From Schizochytrium sp. TIO01 (Eukaryota; Protista; Bigyra: Labyrinthulomycetes), in contig SMSO01000025.1 in the NCBI GenBank assembly GCA_004764695.1, positions 3,038,001 through 3,102,000 on the forward strand: a DNA stretch of 64,000 bases, given 5' to 3'. Position 1 is the stretch's first letter; the number at the start of each line of letters is the position of its first letter. Below are positions 1 through 12,993 of the stretch, piece after piece. Position numbers and translations under genes: made by a program. Below the pieces are notes generated by a model. The model searched no databases, was not told where the DNA came from, and worked only from the letters and a program-made list of their open reading frames with translations.

Positions 1-3000
1 TTTTATTATTATTCTTATTCTGTCTCTGATTTGATTGATTCCATTCCATAATGTCGTCGATACACCCCTTCAGAAGTTGGGTACTTCATGGCGTCATCCT
101 CGAGAGCGACATCGAGATGACCAACAACACCACGATCAAGATGAGGACCAAGAACAACCTGAAGACGAAGCCCAACAACTTGAGGGCGACTGGATGGACC
201 CGAATGGGCCGACCTGGTACATTTATTTATATCCACAAGTTGACTGTCGAGAACACTGGCATCGTCGGGGTCCGGCACGAAGCGAGTGAGTGAATGCTTC
301 GCCGTAGTCTCGCAATCCAGGACGCCGTCCTTGGCCAGTCAGCAGTGTACAGTAGCTCGAGGTGGCGCAGCAGCTTCGAGGTTTAGCTCTCCATCCCAAG
401 AGACTGAATGTGATGCAGATCGGGAAGGAGCTCCAACTCTGGAAACCTAGCTTAGGGCAGCCTTCACCGTCGCCGGCGCGGCGGCTGGCGAGAAGAAGAC
501 TTGGGCGGAGTAGAGGAAAATGAAAGATAATACAGAGACTCGCGACAGCAGCGGGACTGGGCTTGCGAAGAGCAACAGCTTACCTTCGTCCGCCGCGGGC
601 TGGCTGGAGGCGAAGAGGGCGGAGCTTGCTTTGCTCGAAAAGCCATCAGTCAGTCAGCAGAGTCTTCACTGCTGCGGTGTCTGCGAGGTGAGTGGCGAGA
701 AATCTGTGTCGATGGAAACAAACACATCGTGGCGGAGGTTGGTTGTCAAAAGAGACTCCGATGGTTTATATAATCGATTGGTCTTTCGTGTGGCCTTTTG
801 CAATTTCGATGACCCTCGCGTAGATGCAGATCTACCGGCACTGGTTTGAAGCCAGCGCAATGCAAACGGCGGCGACTGAGACTGTGTGAGAGAGTTGGTC
901 AGACTGGTTCTTACGGCGGCGGCTGTGAATTCCTGCAAATCGATGATGCAAATCTCATCGATTTCACATTTCACAACTTCAGCGCTGGCATGACGCGAAG
1001 CTTCCCTGTTCTCCTATGGCTTTTGTAAGTGTGCATCGCGCACGGAGGAATACGCTGGTATTGAACGATACTTACCTCTAGCTAGAGGACAACCTACTAA
1101 CTTTTCTTATTCTTATTTAAAATTATTATCTTATGCGTATGTATCAACAATCCCACCGCGTTGAATCTGATTTGCTCAGTGTCAACGCAGACCTTGGTGA
1201 TGAGCGATATGAAACTACGGAATTATCATCCAGGGTAGTTATCAGTATTCCTCTTAAAATTAGGTTTTCGATTTGGAACATGACTCGAGACATTGCTTTT
1301 TTGCTTCTTTCTTTACCTTTTTTTTTCTTTCTTTTCTTTCTTATCACCACTATGGTATACCTACCTACCTACCTACCAAGCACGAATAGGGAGTGGCAAG
1401 AGGAAGGTCTTTCAAGTCTTTCATTAAAACGAGTCATCACTTAACTATAAAATAAAATTGTCGGACTGATTATGATGAGGATGGATACCAAAGCAAGCAC
1501 AGACGCGAAGCTTTAGGCCTATCTGGTCAGGAAAGCAGAGAGCGACGACTCTGCAGTTGAAACTCAAAACGCAAAGCTAAAGAGCATGAATAATCCATCC
1601 CTTCTGGGTTTTCGTTAATGGTGTACCATTCATTGATAAGAAATTTGCTGCAATCTTTCCACATCTAGAACAAAGTCCCCGAGGCTAAGCTAACTTGGTA
1701 CTTGCTGGCGATTTCCTGCGCGAGTTTGTGGTTGACGTTCGTCGCGGGACTTGGAGGTCGGGGCAAGTGCCTAGAATCGGTCTTTAGGCAGGCCAAACTT
1801 TTGATCTAGATTTACCCGGGACAAACTTGAGAAAGCTGGTTGCTTTCAAAGTGCATGCTAAACTCAAGCTTTCCCTGTGAGCAAGCAAGCAAGCAAGCAC
1901 CTGCGAACTCGCAGCGAGTCTCGCCAACCTAGAGGCCCGCGGAGAAGTACCTGGAGAGCGGGAATAAAGACCAGGCCTCATCGCACCTCAGATCGGCGCA
2001 TCGGCTGCAGCAGACCGAGTCGAGTTAACCAACCCCAACGCAACAAGAAGTCGAGCTGGTCGCCCCTCGGACCTTGCCTCGAACCTGAAAAGGCGCCCGT
2101 TGTCCCACCGTTTAGCTCTTAACTTAGTTGTTCTTTCTTTCTTTCTTTCTTCCTTCCTTTCTTTCTTTCTTTCTGTATATTTAAAGTAAAACTCTGTGGT
2201 GGGAGTTCTGGCACCATCCATGGACATATCGAGTCCATGAATGTTGAAAGCTTGAGCTGTTTCTATTAGTCGGAGCCAGAACAAGCCTAACGATCGCTCA
2301 ACTTGAGAGAAAGCGACCAGCTCCTGGGGAGAATAAGGTGCTGCTCAGGTGTGGCCGGTCTGCGAAAGACTGCGTACTCAGTCAGGGGGGAAAGCCATGG
2401 GTGACGATAGCGAAGGATGGGTCTAGAAAGCTCGACTGAACCGGGCTCTCGATTCAGGCTGATAGGTAGACAGATTAACTGGTGGCGATTGTGAGGATAA
2501 TTCGATTTTAGCGCCGTGAGATTGCATGGAAAAGTCGGCATGCGAACAAGGCCTTCGGGACCTCGCCACCTCAGACTTTGTTCGTCTCAGGAGTTCAACT
2601 ATACCTGCAAATTGAGAACCTCTTATGGACAAATATATCTAAAAAGCATCCCTTTGCATGCATTTTTATTGTTTAATTATAAAAAAAATTAATAATAGTA
2701 AAAATAGTAATGAAGTTAAAACATCCGCTTCTACAAGTTGGAGTATCTAAAGCTCGCATTTAATCGCAAGAGTTTACGCTTCATCAAGGGCTAATGGTAT
2801 TGATGTTATAAGCTTTTGGCAATATGCCATGGATTCAGGTAATCGACCATTTAACGCCGACTTTGAAAGATCTCGGGCTCTGCGGGACGGCCGTTGATTA
2901 CCACACTATGACGGAAGTGACTGGCTATGCCTTACTAGACTTGGGCCTAGCAGTGCCAATAGCGGTGTGCTCCGAGCGAAATCCTTGGCATGCTTGCGCC

Positions 3001-3843
3001 CCATACTTCTTTTGAGAGGCGGACCATTAGAAAGCAATTGCAGCAACTGTCGCTTTCTCTCTTCTTCTAATCCGGTCAAAAAAAGCATAGTAGTATACTG
3101 CACATTAAGCTCAGCTGTTTTGCATGGCCGCCGCAGGTCCAATCTGATGCCGCGGAGTCTTTAATATTTCAGTCGCTCACACAAAGTTCTGATCGCTATA
3201 GCCCGTCGAGCCTTTTCGAGCCTAGATTCTTTAGATTAAAATAAAAAACACGCCAGAAACGTGGGAATATCCCGGGTCATGTAATAACACCAAGCTACCG
3301 ACTACGTCTTTCGGTCTCAGCCTGGCTGCAAACCTCGTACGCTTAGGAATTGAACCTACAGATTTGCAGGGGACCTAACAACGCGAAGCAAAGCTCATCC
3401 AACACCTGGCACATCAGGCGCTGTTTTGCATCTTCGAGCCTGGAGTATCAGCTAGAGCATCCTTCCATCTCTTTCCTCACCGAGTTTTGGCTGCTGGAAA
3501 CTAAACGAGTGTATGTATTTTTTTTGGAAACAAAACTTTGAGTTTCTACTTTCGTGAAAATAAACATAACTTCTGCAGTTGTCCCAGTCTTGCGAACGTG
3601 TGGTGCCCGAAGCAAGAGCAGACTGTAAACTTGAATTTTTAAAATCGTGGAAGGTTAGCCCCAAGCGGAAGTTGACCACAACAAGCCTGGTGCACTTCAA
3701 CGAGGCAAGAACTGAAAGACTAGCAAATCCTAAACCTACTTCAAGGAGTTCCATTGCCCAAACTGATTTCAATCTTGACATAGAGACTCATCATTAGTTT
3801 GGACCCGCATGTAATTCAATACTTCTTCACAGATTAGGCAAGT

Positions 3844-5202
3844 ATGGTCAATGTCACTAATGAAACCTCCGAATGTGATTTGATCATACTTAAAGAGTAC
3901 GAAAAATATGGAATTGATCCTGAAATGGCAAAGAAGGAGTTCCCAGACTGGACTCAGAAACTCTCGTTAGTGCTTTTCATCATTTCCGCATGCTACTTTT
4001 CCATAACTTTGTTATGGTGGTTTGCACGGCGCAAACATTATCTTATTCGCAAGCGAAGCACTTTATTCATGGTTTTGAGTACAATGGGCTCTATTTTTCT
4101 TACAGCTGGTGTACAGATGCGGGTATACAGCGGCCTGAGCTCTTTCTCTTGCGACCTATACAACTGGCGGCTAGTCGGGATGCCGTGTGTTATGGGTCCG
4201 ATTGTTGTTCGTCTAGTTTTATTTTATAACAGGTCAAGGTTTAGCCAGATGCTCTTGGACCGAGGTCATCGAGACGTTGCTATCGAGGATTACAACAACC
4301 TCACTCCCCTAAATGCGTTCTGCACATATTTCTCCTCCTTCCTGTCAATGTCAGCACTGCGTGAAGCGGCAAAGTCCATGTGTTGCTATCCTGATTTGGA
4401 AAGGTCCACAAATGTTGTAGAAGCTCCCTTTGAAAGAAATAATAATGAGATGCGCACAGAGTATAACAATGTCAGTGTAGATCCTAACACTGGTGGGGTA
4501 GACGTAGAAAGAAGTCAACTAGATTCTCGCGAACCATCTGTATGTGTTGGCTCATCTCAGATTCTAAGTGTTCAATCACTCTCCGGAAGCCAGCGCCAAC
4601 TATTGATCGCCTACTTCAAAACCACTAATGTGTACGGCCTAATGGTTCTTGCACTCTTCGTTTTCTGTGTCACCTTGTATGTGGGCTCTAAAGCATTTCA
4701 TCATAACACACCATATGGTGGTAAGGGCTGCGTTGGATGCCACGCGGACCGCTATGATGCAGCAGTACTTGGAGGAACAATTCTTGGTATTGGAATTGTG
4801 GGAATCTACGTTATGTTCCACGTTAATCTAAAGGAAGACGCCCTTGGTGTAGCAAAGGAGCTACGATCTTGTTTATGGTGGATCTTGGCTACGGTAGCCA
4901 TGATTCTTTTCACTGCTATTGATCCGCGGCGCATACAGCAAGACAGAGTTTTCCCGTTAGTTATCTTTGTCCCATTGTTCCTAATGGGCTTGCATTTTGT
5001 ACAATGCCCTTTACAGGTATATAAAACCAAATGCCCGTTATTTAATTGGTGCGCAAACTGTGAAGAGGAAATCCAGCCTGAATCCTCGACATTTTCCTCC
5101 TCTTCAGCCTCGTATACGGCTCCGATATCCATCAAAGTTTTGTCAAACACATCCAAAAGATTCATGCACTGTAAGAGCTGGAAGAACGAAAAGCATCCAG
5201 GC

Positions 5203-5236
<34 letters not shown>

Positions 5237-5733
5237 TATCACGCGACTCAGCGACCGATCCCACTATGTCAAATATATGTGTTATTGAAGCTCTTTCACG
5301 TAAACCGTCGCTTGAAGAGGTTATTGCTTCTCCAGAGGGAAAGCAAGCGTTTGTGAAGCAGCTCAGTCGGGAGCACAGTGTTGAAGTTTACTATCTTATA
5401 GATGCAGTTCAAAGATTCAAAGGCCTGAGAGCGAGTGACTCCTCCACTCAATCAACAAGAGAACTCGCCTTTAAGATATACCGGACTTTTGTGGCTGACC
5501 ATTCGATACTGCAGGTCAATGTGTCGAGTAATGCTTCCCGAGAACTTAACAAGGCAATCATGAAACTGAAGGACAATCCCGACTGCGCTCCCCAGGATGA
5601 TCTTTTTGACAAAATTCTTCGAGAAGTAATTGAAATGGTTCGCAGAGACTCCTTCCAGCGTTTTCTTCTGTCAGATTTATTTCAAGAGTACATCAAACAA
5701 ATACAGGAGCAACGTCAGATTTCCACTGCCTAG
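3844..5733 (+). CDS. 7TM-RGS protein (seven-transmembrane domain fused to a C-terminal regulator of G-protein signalling domain)
   Basis: 629-aa ORF with seven hydrophobic segments (LSLVLFIISACYFSITLLWWF ... VFPLVIFVPLFLMGLHFV). C-terminal RGS box at ~5311-5691 (LEEVIASPEGKQAFVKQLSREHSVE...IYRTFV...QVNVS...DLFD...DSFQRFLLS). Poly-Asn linker. Confidence 0.88.
5203..5235 (+). repeat. (AAC)11 coding microsatellite (poly-Asn in the 7TM-RGS linker)
   Basis: Seen directly; in frame as N11. Confidence 0.95.
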
Positions 5734-6293
5734 ACTTTTCCCCATAGGCCATGCCCACTATTCCTGTCACATTTGTAGAGGCTTTGTAGCGTGTTGCAAC
5801 GCGTTACTCCAAGATCTTCAATATTACTTGTTCTCCTCACTTCTTGTTTAAAACAGAGGTGTTAGAGATTCCTCTGAACATTTTAAACATCAATCCTGGC
5901 TGTGGATGTGTAACATATTAATCATATGATGCGTTTTGGCTTTTTGCCCAAGCTTCCTTTAAAAAAAAATAGACTGTTGTTGCAGCTAGGGAGATTTTTG
6001 GATGGATTCTTAAAAGAATAGATAATAATAGTTCGATGTCAGAAGCTTTTCTTCTCGAACCTTCCTTTTTTAAAGCCAACGTCAAAAAATTGAAGAACTA
6101 GAAGAGAAAGACAAAAGATCTATTGATATGAGTAAATAGGATGATCAGAGTATATAACAATAAAAAGAGTAACCAGGCTAATTTGGTTCAGCCAGACATG
6201 TCTGGAGAATGCTGGCAGTGATATCCTCAACGGGGATATTTCTTCGTTTGATTTGGTTTTCATGGAAAGCTTGCTGATATCATCATAACCTAA

Positions 6294-6776
6294 CTAACCA
6301 CGGCCGCAATATGCGCATGAAGCGTTGGTGCAAAGAGACGGATTGTGCAGAGCAACGTTCGAGGTCCAAAAGACGCCTGAGCCGTGATGGAGTTCAGGCG
6401 ATACAGGCATGTTACCGGGCTGTGCATTTTCAAGCTTTTGCTCTTCAATTGACCCGACTGAATCAGAAGTACTACGAGGGCCAAGCGAAAAGGCTGGCGC
6501 AATTGGCAGACTTGACGAAAGTGCTGTGAGTCGCGGCGAGTCAGAAATGCTTGCAAAGAGTGTTGTGCCTACTGGTGTCGTGCGATAGATAATCCTTGTC
6601 TTGGGGCTTTCTACTTTGCCATACCCATCAGCCTTTCTACCAAACGACTCGTCCTTGCCCTCACTGGCCCATGACACGCGTCCCGATGAGCAATACGCGC
6701 AGTCCTCCTTGGTACAAGTCGCATGCTTGTGTAAGGTAATTGCGCCCCTAAGGTCACTGCGAAAGTCGGTCTCCAT
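6294..6776 (-). CDS. Small hypothetical protein with two H-x4-C-x4-C-x2-C (putative Zn-binding) motifs
   Basis: 160-aa ATG-initiated ORF. LHKHATCTKEDCAYCSSG near the N-terminus and LHNPSLCTNASCAYCGRG at the C-terminus form an internal repeat unlikely in a random ORF. Confidence 0.65.
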   Translation of the reverse strand: METDFRSDLRGAITLHKHATCTKEDCAYCSSGRVSWASEGKDESFGRKADGYGKVESPKTRIIYRTTPVGTTLFASISDSPRLTALSSSLPIAPAFSLGPRSTSDSVGSIEEQKLENAQPGNMPVSPELHHGSGVFWTSNVALHNPSLCTNASCAYCGRG

Positions 6777-7694
6777 ATTGATCGTATTAAAGAAATCTTA
6801 CTTTACCTATTCACGCCACTGCTCTCCCTGCTGGTGAATTTCTTTCTTGCGCAAGATGGACTGCGCAAACCTCGCCTTGTCAATCAACCTTGGTCTTTGC
6901 GTAGTACTGGACCTAATCGCTCTTAATCACCGCCACCTAATACCGCACACACTATAGCGCACGTATAGATGGTCCCAGTCCGTCAGTAGTAATTTGCAGA
7001 AACGCAGGCTCCTGCCTTGTGCAGGCTTCCCAATCTGGGTTTGCAATGCAATTCGCCCACACGCGATGAAGCAAGTGAGACACCCCGATCGTTCGAGCGA
7101 TCTGGAGCAGCTGCTTGCTCTTGTTTAGGGTATGGTGACCCAGTCCCAGCGCTGTATTGCTTCCTAGGGTCTCCAGCTAGATTCCCTCTAAGAGGAAAAG
7201 GAAGAGAGAGGCTTCAGGTCCACGGGGTTCCTGCCTTTGCTGACGCGATCGACCAATGGGTCGATAGATCGGCAGGTACCTGCTGGATGGGCTGAGCAAC
7301 GCGAACAGACTCTGGCTCGATGAGTCTTCCGAGGGGATGGAATCCTGTCGAGTACTGCAACGATGGAAGTATCAGGTCAGTGTCAACAGCAGCGATGGCA
7401 AGCAGGTTAGTCTCGTGTCCTCGTCCCACTAGATGCCTCCAGACGATGCCCAATCTTGAACCGGGTATAACCTCCACCACCTTTTCTCGAGACCGCGGGT
7501 TAACCTAATTCCGTCGCACTCAAAGCCGGTGCTTGTGCTTTTTCTCTTACTCAGAGGAAGAGACAAAACGAAGAAGCACTTCAATGTCCGCTCTTATCCA
7601 CACGCACTGAGGCGTTGCTTTCAGCCCCGTTTTATCCTTCGCTGCAAGCTTTCCAACACTTGGCCACGTTCGTGCCTTGCTCTGCGAAGTAATT

Positions 7695-7764
7695 AATCAA
7701 TCGATCAATCGATCGATCAATCAATCGATCGACCAATCAATCAATCGATCGATCAACTGACTGA
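7695..7764. repeat. Compound (AATC)/(GATC) tetranucleotide microsatellite
   Basis: aatcaatcgatcaatcgatcgatcaatcaatcgatcg... seen directly. Confidence 0.85.
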
Positions 7765-10700
7765 GAACCCTTTTGCGCTTTACTATCCTCCAAGTCTCCG
7801 AGCAATTCAATATTTACATATAAAACAAAGAAAGCCCTTCCGGTCTTCACGCCTTTCAACTTACGACTTAGCACCCCTAGTGTTTAGCGTAGGCACGTCC
7901 TACTCCCGTATGTCCCTCCTTTCTAGCTTGCTGCCGCTCGAGCCCCACAAAAAGCGATCCGTATGATGCTCCAGACTTGCAAATGCTGGGCTTTAAAACC
8001 GGCCAATCCGCGTCTCTTGCGAGAAGAACTTGAAGCAGCGGCTGCTTATCTCAGCCAAGCGCCCGCGGCTCTGCTTATCCAACCGCTTGCTCAGAACGGC
8101 GCTTTTTATGCTCGCTCAAAGTAAACGTGAAGAAACCAGATCTGGGCGTGGGACACCTAACAGAAGTCCCTGGCGCGTCGCGAGACTAAAAGCAAAGTAA
8201 AAGGGGAAAGAAAAACAGAGAAGAACAGAAAGAGAAAGCAAAAGGGAAACACCTTTTTCCTTTGTTGTCTCGGACTGCTTTCTCTTGTGTTGAGCTATAG
8301 CTTTGCTTGGCTTGGCTTGGGCTTGGCTTGGCTTCGGTTCGCAGTGGCGAAGAAGCTATGTCGTGAGCCTGACCCAAGAGCTCCTCGACTCGACCTAAGC
8401 TGCCGGCTGGTGGAGCGACTCTGGTGGCGGTGCGGTGGCGGCTCTGTTCGGGGAACGAGAGCTCCTCTGCAGAAAAAGGAGATAGAATGAGTCGATTGAG
8501 AATGAGTGAGTGAGTGAATGAATGAATGAATAAATGAGAGAAAGCGCCTTCGCTCGCTGCAGCTGCGCTCGAGTGGCCTTGCCTGGGACAAGGACAAGCG
8601 CTGGCAGATCGATGGTCCTAAGACGAAGACGCTGCTCCTACTCAACGAGGTGCAGCTCTGATGGCTTTGCTGGCAGAGCTGGTCTTTCCAGGTGACTTGC
8701 AACGGACGAGAAAAGAAATAAGGATCGCTCAAAAGGCGATCGCTTCAAAGGATGTAAAGAGCAATGAACGGCTGTGTGTGTCCGCAGGCCGCAACGGCGT
8801 GGAGATGACAAACGAAAGCGTACTGGTATAGCTTGTACCGCAAAAGGGTTGTTTGCGAGTGTTGGTTTGTTGACTGCGGCCTGGCTTCGCGCCTAGCTTG
8901 GTGTCTGGCAAGTCCAAGCAAGCAAGAGACTTGAGCTATTGCTCGCACCGCACAGTTGAGGCGTGACCCCTACAGTTTGATGTATATGACTCCTACGTCC
9001 CGAATAGAATGAGCTCAGTGGACTAAGAAGAAATAGTCTGAGTAGGTAATATGTTTTTTCATTTTTACATCATAGGTACTACATACTACCTATTAACTAT
9101 CTATCTAACTAACTAACTATTGAGAACTTTGCTTATTCTTTGCAAGCAATCGTTTGGAGGTCCTGAACTTAATTGTCCGTGCTTTGGAGCACTCAGGTGC
9201 TTCAAGTTATTTGTGAAACTTTCTTTTGCGCTGGTCCCGAGCAAACGAATGATTTCAGTAGAATTTAAAACACGAGAGGATGATTGGTTGATTGATTGAT
9301 TGATTGATTGAATGAGTGAATGAATGAATAGATGAATGAATGAAAGAGCAACTCCAAAGAGGACCTCCGTCGCATGTCCTCTCCCTGGGACCTTTCACTC
9401 TAAAGTTTTCTCTCGTCCATCTATGGCGAGCGAGACGAATGATTGACGGCAGCAGTTGATGTTGCTATCCTCCCGGTGTTTGTGTTTGTCCATTCCGTGC
9501 AAACGCAGCTGCTGCACCTGTTCTCACGGACCCGTTTAGCGTCGTGCCTTATCCTCCACGCATGAAGCAAAATGTCACGACACAGGTTGCATTGCATTAC
9601 ATTTGTTAACTGATGAATTATATATAACAAAGCAATCAACCTCCTATCAATCAATCACAACAATCAACTGATGAAAGAAAGCCAAGAAGACATAGCGAAG
9701 TGAGTGATCGTCTGTGCATTCGAAGGAGGTCTTCCAAGTCCTCTCTCAGTGTTGCTAGGCCTTCGAGGTGAGTTCCAATTTCCGTTCTTTTGAGCCCTAC
9801 TTTCCACTCTCTTTCAAGCAGCTTCCGTTCGGACCGCGCTAGAGGCCCAATAGGCCTTTCACTACCACCAGATTTGTGATGCGGGCAGCTTTTCCCGAGG
9901 GGCCTCTGGTTCCTCCGAGACACCACACCCCATGGGAAAGAGAGTGATGCGAAGATCTGCCGAGAGTTTTGTTTTCCTCCGTGAGATGGTGTGCACCGAT
10001 TGGAGACTGATACGAGGGTGCATGGGCGGCGTATACAACCTTGTATTAACATTTGGGAAGCAGTAAACAAGATTACCTCTCTCTCACTGCTCATTGACTG
10101 ATGGAAAGAGGTCTCTCCGGTGCTAGAACGGAGCGGCACCACGGCGAGACGAAGCAGGGTATCAAGAAAGCAGTAGACGCTCGGAGGCTTTGCGATATCC
10201 GTCGAAAAGACGCTGCTCTTCCCAAATGCTCGCCGTGGGCGCGGCCTCAGGCACCTCACGACGAGCGGGATCTTGGGGCGGTGGAGAGCTAATCTCTAGA
10301 GTCTTGCATAAACGTTTTTATCTTTTTCTCACTGATAGTAGGCCTAGTTCTTTTTTTCTTTTCCTTTTAATTAATCTATTTTTAATTTAAACGAGAGAAA
10401 GAAGAAAGAAAACCCGTAATCGCTCAGGGCGTAACTTTGGGCCAAAGTTATTCGAGTTGAGTGCCGTGTTCAAAGAATGGAGACGGAAAGTGGATCTTGA
10501 ATGGCCTCTCGCCTTCCAAACTTCTTTCTCCACAGACTCACTCGACTTGAAGCTGCTGCTTGCTCTGCCAACTGATTGATGAGGGCTGTGGCGATGAGAC
10601 TGCGCCTTCACTTGAGCTTGCGCTGTGCTGTGCTGTGTTGTGCTGTGCATGCATTCATGGCCTCGAACTGCCGCCGTAAATAAAGTTCGACGAAGAGGAT

Positions 10701-11225
10701 CTACCTCCCGCGATGGCTTGGAGTGCGAGATAGAGAACGAAGCGAGAGGAAGCGGTTATTTATTATTGTGTGCAGGATCACATCATCTTGCGCTCGGTTA
10801 GTTGTGGCGAGGTTTAGCGCAGCAGCAATCGCGCCTCTCCGTCCTGGAAACGAGTCTGATGAGGTAGCTGCTGTTGATTAGCATGCGGCTTTAAAACCGT
10901 AGCAAGAGAGATGCGTTACGCGCAACTGAAACAACCGAGTTGATACAATGCAGTAGGTTTGGCTACTCTTCCATAAGAACACCTAACTAGCACGGCGATA
11001 GGGATAGTGTCCAACCTTCAAACCAGCCTCGAAATTCAACTCTTGCGTGGCTGGTGGCTCCACAGCAAATGTGGTCGCTTGCAGAATAAAATCGCTGCCG
11101 ACGCCCACTCGTCCAAGCGGGGAACCTGATAAGGCCAGCATCGGGCTGGTTCTCGATGGAAAGAAAAGGCCTGGCCTGGATTCCTGCTTCACCTTGAAGA
11201 ACTAGTCGTGAAAATAGTAATTTTC

Positions 11226-11228
11226 TAT

Positions 11229-11263
<35 letters not shown>

Positions 11264-11265
11264 TT
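11226..11265. repeat. (TATT)10 microsatellite
   Basis: Seen directly. Confidence 0.95.
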
Positions 11266-12967
11266 CTTCAACTCAAAAAGAATAACATTCAAGGCTGCAA
11301 AGAACAACTTGTTGAAATAACAACGTGTATTCTTGTAGTTTCACTTTCCCGCGAGATGCGTAAGCTCTGCCTAAGCGCCCCTAGGCACACCGGAAGGATG
11401 TGGTTGCTCGCGGATATGTCGGGGCCTCGCGGAGATCCAGACTGCCTCCTCGAGAGAGTTAGTTAGTTTTGGCTTAGTTAGCCTTCGAGTTCTGCACGAC
11501 ACGAGTGTGACGGGTATGAAAAAATAGAAATGGGACAGTCGTTTTGTTGTTTGTTGTTTTGGTTGCGGAGGGTTAGGAAAGCCTGCCCGACGAAGCTCTC
11601 TGGGCAGAGAGCTGTGCGATGGGAAGGTGCGGTGGATCCACTTTGGGGTGGAGCTGGGAAGAAGCAAGCTGGAGAGTGGCGGCTCTGTCCACGCTGAGCG
11701 GTGTACGGATGGATGGATTCCTTGCTCAAGTGGACCGCTGACGTAATGGAATCTACTGAAAATCAAGCTCGACTTGGAGCAGATTTACTTGCGCGAGATG
11801 AACTAGGTGGTGCTAGGCACTTCTTCTTACTGGTACCGGTACCAGTAAGTTGACAGGCACAGAAAGATCTTGGAAATCGTGACATACGTAACGACTGCAA
11901 GACACAAGTTAAGCTCAAGATCTAGACCGAGGCCGCGCGTGCCCATGAGATTCTGATGGAAAGCTGGAACAGTTGGTCCACCTACCTGCCGGCTCAAGCG
12001 TTGGCGCAACACAAAGCATAAACGCCTGGCGAGCATGGCGTTGGTAGCTGAGTTCCGCATACCAAGAAACCACTTTTAGTAACGCAGTATTGGCAAGGAG
12101 AAAGAAAGAAGGAAACAAACACTTGGTAGACGAGGATTCTTTTGTCTTGAATTTAACCAATTGTGATTTCTTGGTGTATATACTATTCTGGTACGGTACA
12201 TAGTGCTTTACTTTTATTATCCAAGAAAGCGTTGACCCCCGCAAAGTGTTTCTCCGAGATCTGATTTGCCTGTGGCTAGTATCATTATAGAAATAGGCTA
12301 TGAAGATTGAACCACATTTTGCCCAGCACGACGTATGTGAGAGACATTTCTGCAAAACTATGGTATGAAGATATAGACATTATAGCTGTTGGAGGAAGTA
12401 CCCACGTTAAAGAAGGACCTTGAAAATAACTGTCTCACATTCAGGAATAGATGTTTCTTTGGTTTGAATTCAAAAGAGAGCTCGATCGCTAAATTACATG
12501 AAAGCAAGCAAGACAAGGTTTCTTCTTTTATAGCAGTGTGATTCTGCCTATTATGCTTGAAAAGCTTTGAATAATGGTGCTCCTGAAAAGGCGTCGGCTA
12601 GTTGTAATAAAGATTACTTGCATCAAGCAAGCAGATGAAGCTCCAAAATACTTATAAGTTTTCAAACACTCAGTAAGTAACCTATAAAATTTGCAAAACT
12701 TGCATTCCCTACGGTGACAAAGCGGGGGTAAGACCCAATCGCGGGTTAAAGATTAACCAGTACTCGAAGACAACAATTAAATCGAGTCTTTCGATAGGTA
12801 GTGCAAAATGATGCCTCTGGTGGCGTAGATATCACAATCAGCTATGTGTTTGCATTTGGGCTAGTCGGAGACCTTAGATTTTCTGAGCTTGTCGTCGATG
12901 GGACCACATTCATTGCATGGTTTTGAAGAGCAATCCTCTAGGCAAGTAACCAGTCAACATCACTGGA

Positions 12968-12993
12968 GGGGGGGGGGGGGGGGGGGGGGGGGG
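12968..12993 (+). repeat. G26 homopolymer
   Basis: 26 consecutive G. Confidence 0.9.

Noticed and set aside
1068-1077. ATACTTACCT, identical to the U1 snRNA 5' end
   Set aside because: No U1 stem-loops or Sm site follow. Better explained as a minus-strand splice donor.
9651-10259. 202-aa minus-strand ORF
   Set aside because: Non-ATG start, Arg/Ser-rich random composition, no motifs or codon bias.
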